IMG/VR virus record: IMGVR_UViG_3300037308_000350
Span: 6,895-70,894 of that record
Length of the DNA: 64,000 bases
Reading direction: 5' to 3' (one strand)
DNA from: a virus
Shown piece after piece: positions 57,962 to 64,000 of the stretch (positions are counted from its first letter, which is position 1; every line of letters begins with the position of its first letter). A program made the position numbers and the translations under genes. The notes under the pieces are model-generated. The model searched no databases. It was given only the letters and a program-made list of their open reading frames with translations, and was not told the origin of the DNA.

Positions 57962-58571
57962 CTTTTCCTCCTAAATTATATGTTTCTTTAATAAACCTTA
58001 TGCAATCATTGTTGGAGTAAAACACTTCTCCACCACTTTCCAATACCCAATACAGAAGTGTAGAATTACATTCTGTTTTAGGTGTATCTATTATTAAATA
58101 AATAGGAATCTTATACATATATGAAGCCACTATTTCCCCAATTGTTCCTATGGTCTGAACATCTTTCTTTATGTATGCTATAATAAAATCAGACCTTAAT
58201 ACAGCTTCCCAATCACCAAAGAAATCTAAATCTCTTGTTTCGTTTCCATCTATCATCTTACGAGTTCTTAAAAAAGTAAAGATGTCTGGAACGTGCCCTT
58301 CATCTGGTTTAATATTACCAAACCAAATCTTTTGCATTTCATATTTGAATCTTTCCCAATGCCCTGCTTGCTTGAGACCTATCACATATTTAACGTGCTC
58401 TCCAGCAGGTTTACCTGTTTTCTGAGCTTCCCTCTCTACAGGGTCATAGAATACTAAATCAGCGTGTTTTAGTTTCTCTTTGATTTCATTTCTCCAAGAA
58501 ACCATCCCTGTAGAGGTATCTTTCTCTATTGCTCCTGCCAAATATGTCGTTAGCTTAATTTTGTCAGCCAT
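57951..58571 (-). CDS. second nucleoside 2-deoxyribosyltransferase-like protein
   Basis: YLAGAI, WR, FYDP, DWEAV..SDFII, TIGTIGEI. Confidence 0.72.
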   Translation of the reverse strand: MADKIKLTTYLAGAIEKDTSTGMVSWRNEIKEKLKHADLVFYDPVEREAQKTGKPAGEHVKYVIGLKQAGHWERFKYEMQKIWFGNIKPDEGHVPDIFTFLRTRKMIDGNETRDLDFFGDWEAVLRSDFIIAYIKKDVQTIGTIGEIVASYMYKIPIYLIIDTPKTECNSTLLYWVLESGGEVFYSNNDCIRFIKETYNLGGKDGN

Positions 58572-58575
58572 TATA

Positions 58576-59592
58576 TTACTTTCTCTCTAAGAATTTACTT
58601 ATTGTTTTAAGCCTTACAATACCATCTGCTACAAATATAGGCATTTCTGGTCTTATTATCTCCAATGGGTTAGGGTCTACACTTCGTAAGTGCGAAATTA
58701 TACCCACTAATTGTCCTTTGGTATTATAGACTCCACCGCCAGAAGAGCCAAAGAAACAGCTATCCTGAATATACATTACTGTTCCTTGATAACCCATCAA
58801 TTGCCCTTTGCTTAACAAATCTTCTACTCCAGCAGGATTACCACATACCCACAAGTCATCTAATTTTGTAGGTTCTGTTGTGGCTATTTCAGTTGCGTAT
58901 CTGGGAGTCATATCAGGGTCTTCTGGTTGCAGTAATAGTAAATCTATTTCGTGGTCTACTTTTAATACTTTAAGCTTGCAAATCCTTTGTCCATTTTCAC
59001 TCAAATAAACAGCATCTTGTTCTGTCGTTATTAAGTGTCCAGCAGAGAGAATATAATAAGCATCATTGTATTTTATAGTTACTCCGCTTCCCATTGTTCC
59101 ATCAGTATCGTTTTCAATTAATACTGTATATTGAAGAATATTGTATTTTACTCTATTTGTAATAAACTCCTCCAAAGCTTTTACTATTTGAGCTTTGTCT
59201 AAGGTAAGTTTACTAATCTCTTCAAACTCTTTTCTTAGTTTTTCATCTGCTATATTATTTTTTATATCTGATTCCTTAAATTTTTCATTAACATATTCTT
59301 TCATTTTAGTTACATAATCAACTATAGCAGACATAACTTCTTCTTGCGTTGCTTCGTTTTTTACAAAGTTACTAAAGGCTTCTGTTAAGGCTTTATCATA
59401 AACAATACTCTGCGCTATTTGGCGATACATAGATTGCTGATAATTGGTTATCATATCCATTTGCGCTGTCAAAACTGACTGAGTATTGTATATTCTTTTG
59501 ACTACAGAAACATTGAACATAGTTACCCAAACTATTGCTATAGTCAAAACCAGCCTTAAAGCGATATTCAGAAACCCTATTAATCTCTTCAT
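58576..59592 (-). CDS. membrane-anchored trypsin-like serine protease
   Basis: N-terminal TM and coiled coil; GSGV, LSAGH, DLLLL, GSSGGG. Confidence 0.88.
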   Translation of the reverse strand: MKRLIGFLNIALRLVLTIAIVWVTMFNVSVVKRIYNTQSVLTAQMDMITNYQQSMYRQIAQSIVYDKALTEAFSNFVKNEATQEEVMSAIVDYVTKMKEYVNEKFKESDIKNNIADEKLRKEFEEISKLTLDKAQIVKALEEFITNRVKYNILQYTVLIENDTDGTMGSGVTIKYNDAYYILSAGHLITTEQDAVYLSENGQRICKLKVLKVDHEIDLLLLQPEDPDMTPRYATEIATTEPTKLDDLWVCGNPAGVEDLLSKGQLMGYQGTVMYIQDSCFFGSSGGGVYNTKGQLVGIISHLRSVDPNPLEIIRPEMPIFVADGIVRLKTISKFLERK

Positions 59593-59753
59593 TTGCTCTC
59601 CTTTTTTAATTCTTCTGCTAAGTAATTAAGTAAACATTCTACTGTGCAAAAATGTTTTTCTTCTCCTCTGCCTATTATTTCTGGTTTTTCTATTAGGGTG
59701 AATTTACATTCATAATGAAACTCACCACAATTATCGCACTTTTCGCCCTTCAT
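59589..59753 (-). CDS. 54-aa TRASH/MYM-type zinc-finger protein not in ORF track
   Basis: Hand-translated MKGEKCDNCG..HFCTVECL; GGAG RBS. Confidence 0.6.
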   Translation of the reverse strand: MKGEKCDNCGEFHYECKFTLIEKPEIIGRGEEKHFCTVECLLNYLAEELKKESK

Positions 59754-59906
59754 CCTTATCTCCTTCTTCTAAAAATAAATATACAAGTAGTTTATCAATT
59801 TTTTGTAAAAGTTTTACTCTAAATGGTTTTCGGAATACTCTATCGTATACCTTTCCATAATTATCATCTTCTTTTCCTGAATAACCAATCTGTATTTTAG
59901 CCATCT

Positions 59907-60224
59907 TTATTTTCTCTTCTTGCGAAGTAATCTACGTCTCCTTCGCCATTTTAAGCCATAATTTTTTGCTACTTTAACTAAATATTTATCAAATAAAATT
60001 GCTAAAACGTCTCCTGAAGCATACCCAATTGCATATGAAAATATAATCCAGATATTATGTAAGTTTTCAATAACGGAGCTTATTACATAATACCAAATAA
60101 AAATCCCAATAAAAGCTATTATAAATGAAGCTAACTTCTTGTTGCCCTGTAAAAATTTAGTGTTAAGAGATAAAACAAAGCTTTCTACTATTCCCACAGC
60201 AAACAAGATGAGCGCTCTTAACAT
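59907..60224 (-). CDS. small 3-TM membrane protein (DUF5698/UPF0316-like)
   Basis: KKLASFI.AF..IFIW..YAIGYASG. Confidence 0.6.
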   Translation of the reverse strand: MLRALILFAVGIVESFVLSLNTKFLQGNKKLASFIIAFIGIFIWYYVISSVIENLHNIWIIFSYAIGYASGDVLAILFDKYLVKVAKNYGLKWRRRRRLLRKKRK

Positions 60225-60928
60225 TATTCTTCCCTTTCAATAGAATCCTTAACAAAGTTTAGAGTCCAATATATTCGTTCTTTCAGTTCTCTAAAGTTTA
60301 AAGTGGCGTTGAAGAGCCTGAATTCAAGTGTTCCGTAATCATTCTTTCTTAAGTGTTGAATATTTAAGCTATAATATTTTTCGTCAAAGTAAGAATAGCT
60401 ATTAAACTCCCAATCATTTGAATTAGTTCTAAATTTATGAATCTGTGCTTCCGTTAATTTAGTTATGTTTTCTTTAGGAAGGAGCTGGCACATTGAATCA
60501 AGCCTTCCCTTTTCTACATCAAACCTTTTAATAATGAATCGCTGTTTATGAACAAATTCCTTGATTATCATTAATACTTGTTTATCGGTAAAATCTCTGG
60601 CGTTTATATGAATATGCAACCCACAACTATCACTTACTTTCCCTCTATGCACTCTAATTAAAGCAAGGATTTCTTTTAGCTGGGTTAAACTCTCCTCATT
60701 CCAATATAATTTATTTGTTTTCTTCGGTCTATATTCAGCGCCATTTTCCAAAGAGCCATCTGAATCAATCTCCCAGCCCTTTAATACGCTATGCCGATTA
60801 ATTAAAGCTTCGCTATCTTTGGCTTTAGGGAATTCTACTTCAATTTCAACAGCCCATCTAAGCCTTTTAAGATTAAATAGTTTTACTTCTGACGTTTCTT
60901 TTTTCTTTGCGTTTTTCGTCTTTTTCAT
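60224..60928 (-). CDS. putative amidoligase (COOH-NH2 ligase type 2)
   Basis: VEIEVE, DSDGSL, SCGLHIHI, KYYSLN, TLEFRLFNAT. Confidence 0.82.
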   Translation of the reverse strand: MKKTKNAKKKETSEVKLFNLKRLRWAVEIEVEFPKAKDSEALINRHSVLKGWEIDSDGSLENGAEYRPKKTNKLYWNEESLTQLKEILALIRVHRGKVSDSCGLHIHINARDFTDKQVLMIIKEFVHKQRFIIKRFDVEKGRLDSMCQLLPKENITKLTEAQIHKFRTNSNDWEFNSYSYFDEKYYSLNIQHLRKNDYGTLEFRLFNATLNFRELKERIYWTLNFVKDSIEREE

Positions 60929-61205
60929 ATTGGCTCTTTATTTTGTATGCCAACTTGCATATGTCGTGGTCTACATTTTCCAATAAAACAATATCGTCTT
61001 CCAAAGCCTTGTGTATTTCTGGAACATTCCATCTTTCTGAAATACATTTTAACTCCCCAGAAATGATATGCAAATCTATAAATATTTCGCCAAGCCTCTT
61101 AGCGTCTTTTACAAAAGGTAACTTAGCGTCATTCTTGGATTTATAGTCTACTCCAAGCTTTTTACAAACCTCTGATATAGCTAAACTAATCCTTACTTCA
61201 CTCAT
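60873..61205 (-). CDS. hypothetical protein (start may lie downstream)
   Basis: ORF overlapping amidoligase start by 56 nt. Confidence 0.45.
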   Translation of the reverse strand: MSEVRISLAISEVCKKLGVDYKSKNDAKLPFVKDAKRLGEIFIDLHIISGELKCISERWNVPEIHKALEDDIVLLENVDHDICKLAYKIKSQYEKDEKRKEKRNVRSKTI

Positions 61206-61579
61206 TATTCTACGTCTCCGTTTTCGTTGATTTTTATATCTTCATAATCATTTATTTCTTTTGTATAGCTTCCCATAATATCATTTAATAAAAACATATA
61301 CAAATTTAAACTTAAGCGTCTTTCTACTTCTACAGAGCATCTTACCAAAGCGCCTGTCATATCATTGTATTTTTGATAATTAGGCTTTTCGCCAAGAAAT
61401 TGATGAATAAATCCTTTAATAATTAAAAAGCATCTTTCTGGCATAACCTCAACTTCTTTTGAGGTAATATTATGCTTTACATAATAAAATATTTGATAGT
61501 TTAATTCTCCTGCCGATTGAGCTATATCTCCTTTTTGAAGAGCCTCTCTTCTACCGTCTCCAGATTTAATGTAAGGCAT
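61205..61579 (-). CDS. conserved phage protein (DUF6899-like)
   Basis: MPYIK..GELNY..GAL..E..RR..YE..KI..NGDV. Confidence 0.65.
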   Translation of the reverse strand: MPYIKSGDGRREALQKGDIAQSAGELNYQIFYYVKHNITSKEVEVMPERCFLIIKGFIHQFLGEKPNYQKYNDMTGALVRCSVEVERRLSLNLYMFLLNDIMGSYTKEINDYEDIKINENGDVE

Positions 61580-61587
61580 ATATTCTC

Positions 61588-61902
61588 CTACTTTACAGGA
61601 TGCTTTTGTTTTTGAAGTTCATAGCATTTTTCACAACAGTCTGTTGGCAGAAAAGCCCAAGATTCAATTTTTCTTTCCTTATACTCTTTTTGAAAAGCTT
61701 TAATAATTTCATCGGGTCTGTAAAGAATAAGTTCGGTAGCTGATAAATGATACATATTTGCGTTACAATACTTCGCTATTATTTCTGTAGCTTCCTCTAA
61801 CTCCAGAGTAGTTTCTCCATCGGAAGCCAAAATAACTATGAATAATAGCTGGTATGCCACATAGCTTAAAGGTTCTCCGCAAATACTACAGCTTCCAAAC
61901 AT
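61588..61902 (-). CDS. zinc-binding hypothetical protein
   Basis: CSICG and CCEKC. Confidence 0.55.
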   Translation of the reverse strand: MFGSCSICGEPLSYVAYQLLFIVILASDGETTLELEEATEIIAKYCNANMYHLSATELILYRPDEIIKAFQKEYKERKIESWAFLPTDCCEKCYELQKQKHPVK

Positions 61903-62294
61903 TATTGCCCTAACCTTTCATATTGTTTTAACAACTGTTCCATTATATCCTGCCTTACCTGACCATTCTTTATAAAATCTCTCCAAAACTGCCTTCTGGT
62001 ATGTCTTGGGAAACCTATTTCTTCCAACCTTGAATCTAAAAACCCCAAAAATTTAATTGCTTTATAAAAATCCCTATATATGGATTGAAGTTTATCTCTT
62101 TTAGCAACTTCTTTTCTATATTCAGGGCTAATAGCATAGTTAACCCTGTCTTTATACCAAGCAAAGAATTTTCTCCACTTACCCACGATTACTCCTTTAG
62201 CCATCAAAACCTTTTTTCTTGGAGATTTCTCTGCAATGATAGTTTTGATTAAGTTATGATAGAATATGATTTCTTTTTTAATTTTTTGTAGCAT
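61902..62294 (-). CDS. basic hypothetical protein
   Basis: ORF with GGAGG RBS. Confidence 0.55.
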   Translation of the reverse strand: MLQKIKKEIIFYHNLIKTIIAEKSPRKKVLMAKGVIVGKWRKFFAWYKDRVNYAISPEYRKEVAKRDKLQSIYRDFYKAIKFLGFLDSRLEEIGFPRHTRRQFWRDFIKNGQVRQDIMEQLLKQYERLGQ

Positions 62295-62304
62295 CTTTTC
62301 CTCC

Positions 62305-63057
62305 TTAAAAATACCAACCTAAGTGAATTAGTATTCTGTCATCACCTTTGTATCCTTTACCATATTTTGCGCCTACAAAAGAATTAGGCATTGCTTTTAT
62401 TTTCTTTCCTAAATCATAATCTACGCCTACATAAGCGCCAGCGTTTGTTAATACTGCGCTTGCCCTCCAATCATAATATTTAAAAAAGGAAAGCCCTGCG
62501 CCAGCTTCTTGTTTTATTTTATCTCCTACGCCTACTCCTACTACTCCAATTAATTTTACATCTACTCCAATAGGCTTAAGAGCTTTTTCTAATTCAGGAA
62601 TATCTGTTACTTTTATTACCTTTAAAACTCTGCCCTGCTTATCTATTACCTTAGCTGTTCCATCCTTTTCAATCTTTAGGAAGTGTTCATTTAAACATAT
62701 TGTTGCTTCTTTTCCTTGAAGATTAAAATGGACAGGTTTTTCTTTTAATCCTTTCCAATATCCATACCCAAAAATTACTCCAATAACCAAAGTGTATATA
62801 GCTAATTTTCTGAAATTAAATATTGATTGAATATCTTTAGCCCAACCCACAGGAGAAGCAACATTTGTCATTCCTTCTACAAACTTTTTAATGCTAAAAG
62901 ATTCTCCTTTGGAAGATTCTTCTGGGATAACTCCTGTAATCTTTTCAGAAATTTTAGCCTTTACTTTCTCGGTTACTCGCTTCTTTAAATAATTAAAAAA
63001 TAATCCTCCTATGATTCCTACAGAGATAAAAATAATTGCTTCCATAATAGTATTCAT
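62305..63057 (-). CDS. two-TM membrane protein with C-terminal amphipathic beta strands ending in Phe
   Basis: TM1 aa 5-24, TM2 near aa 85-101; ends RILIHLGWYF. Confidence 0.6.
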   Translation of the reverse strand: MNTIMEAIIFISVGIIGGLFFNYLKKRVTEKVKAKISEKITGVIPEESSKGESFSIKKFVEGMTNVASPVGWAKDIQSIFNFRKLAIYTLVIGVIFGYGYWKGLKEKPVHFNLQGKEATICLNEHFLKIEKDGTAKVIDKQGRVLKVIKVTDIPELEKALKPIGVDVKLIGVVGVGVGDKIKQEAGAGLSFFKYYDWRASAVLTNAGAYVGVDYDLGKKIKAMPNSFVGAKYGKGYKGDDRILIHLGWYF

Positions 63058-63216
63058 TTAGTCTCCTACGCTATCGCTTCTACATCTTAAACATAAATAC
63101 ATATCCAAGCAAAATAATTTACTATCACATACTCGGATAGGCTTCAATCTCCAAAAATATCTTCCGCACACATCACATTGTTTAAAGCCAAGTAGTTTTA
63201 AGAAGAATATTTTCAT
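63058..63216 (-). CDS. 52-aa Cys-rich peptide not in ORF track
   Basis: Hand-translated MKIFFLKLLGFKQCDVCG..LCLRC. Confidence 0.5.
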   Translation of the reverse strand: MKIFFLKLLGFKQCDVCGRYFWRLKPIRVCDSKLFCLDMYLCLRCRSDSVGD

Positions 63217-63340
63217 TTAAAAACCTTTCTATACAAAATAACCAAAGGGTAGACTAAAATTAATAGAATAGCATAAAATAAAATCCAAAGAGCATTGATT
63301 ATAATATCCCAGATACACTTCGCTTTTTCAAGAAAGCCCA

Positions 63341-64000
63341 TTATTTATTCTCGTCTTTGTCTGCCAAATCTACTAAGTAAATAAATGTTGAAACTCTTTT
63401 TTCGTTTACTCCCCAAATCAATTGAATAGGTTCGCTATGTTTAGCCATATTATCCGATAAGCTATCCCCTCCAACTGTAGAGCCTCCTCTAAAAACTCTA
63501 ACATTATCACAATCAAAAATACCTGCGTGATGATAATGTCCATATACTATGCCTTCTACTTCGTGCCTTCTCGCCCACTCATTTATTTTAACTCTTCCAG
63601 CAGGAGAATCTACTTGTTCTGGCGCAATATGCCTGATTAAATATCCGTGTCCTCTTACTATAAATTTCAAATATTCGGTTTCTGTATATTTTACTTCCAG
63701 CTTAGGATTCTTTAAAACAAATTTCGCCCAAAAATCAAGAATCATATAAATCATTAAATCCCAATTTGAAGCCACATCAGTATCTTTTCCTGTCCTTCCG
63801 TGATTACCTCTTACGCCATAGAATTTAATAGAAAGCCCTCTGCTTAATAAAGCAACTATGAGCTTGGTAATTACATCAACAACAAGCATTACTTGAGCTG
63901 GAGGCGCTATTTCCTGTTCAAAAGCCTGTGTTAAATAAATACCTTCTCCATTAGCCAAATCACCTGTTGAAATAATAACTACATCAGTAATGGGAACACC
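63341..64000 (-). CDS. metallophosphoesterase, 5' end outside window
   Basis: Frame open to window edge (ISTGDLANGE); GNHGR, GHYH motifs. Confidence 0.8.
   Translation of the reverse strand, partial: GVPITDVVIISTGDLANGEGIYLTQAFEQEIAPPAQVMLVVDVITKLIVALLSRGLSIKFYGVRGNHGRTGKDTDVASNWDLMIYMILDFWAKFVLKNPKLEVKYTETEYLKFIVRGHGYLIRHIAPEQVDSPAGRVKINEWARRHEVEGIVYGHYHHAGIFDCDNVRVFRGGSTVGGDSLSDNMAKHSEPIQLIWGVNEKRVSTFIYLVDLADKDENK

Noticed and set aside
56844-58571. Z-genome or 7-deazaguanine DNA modification system
   Set aside because: No PurZ, QueC/D/E, FolE or DpdA is recognisable here, and strong site avoidance suggests unprotected DNA. Genes outside the window cannot be excluded.
345-63749. Short ORFs nested in or antisense to long genes (for example 345-653, 4136-4324, 8170-8481, 9945-10202, 31405-31734, 35959-36183, 53201-53461, 63549-63749)
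   Set aside because: They shadow well-supported genes and lack an RBS or recognisable motifs.
1-64000. Stop-codon reassignment
   Set aside because: Standard-code ORFs tile both blocks densely with intact conserved domains.
1-64000. CRISPR array, tRNA or rRNA genes, integrase or att site
   Set aside because: No regularly spaced repeats or cloverleaf were seen, intergenic gaps are short, and no recombinase motif was found.

Overview
AT-rich window from a tailed (siphovirus-like) bacteriophage in two convergent blocks. On the + strand, 1-29.9 kb is a late virion module: prohead protease/scaffold, major capsid, head-tail joining proteins, major tail, chaperones, tape measure, a 2261-aa hub/propeller protein, DUF2793 proteins and two LamG-repeat fibre proteins. 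On the - strand, 29.9-64 kb holds replication and recombination genes (family-A polymerase, primase-helicase, SSB, RecA, RuvC, SbcCD-like pair, 5'-3' exonuclease), RNA repair, nucleotide-pool enzymes, proteases, transporters and a glycan cluster. No terminase, portal, integrase, lysin, tRNA, CRISPR array or reverse transcriptase was recognised. Four signals stand out. (1) A compact CDP-ribitol-type pathway: Bcs1-like IspD-SDR fusion, LicD-GT fusion, second GT, Maf/GT42-like transferase and acyltransferase. (2) A PolA with His at the steric-gate Glu position and Gln at the ExoIII Asp position. (3) Palindrome avoidance strong enough that I found no Ala-Ala, Gly-Pro or Pro-Gly dipeptide in the credible proteins. 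(4) LamG cassettes inserted at one fixed junction of a small triplicated fibre domain. All family calls come from motif recognition by eye, not database searches.
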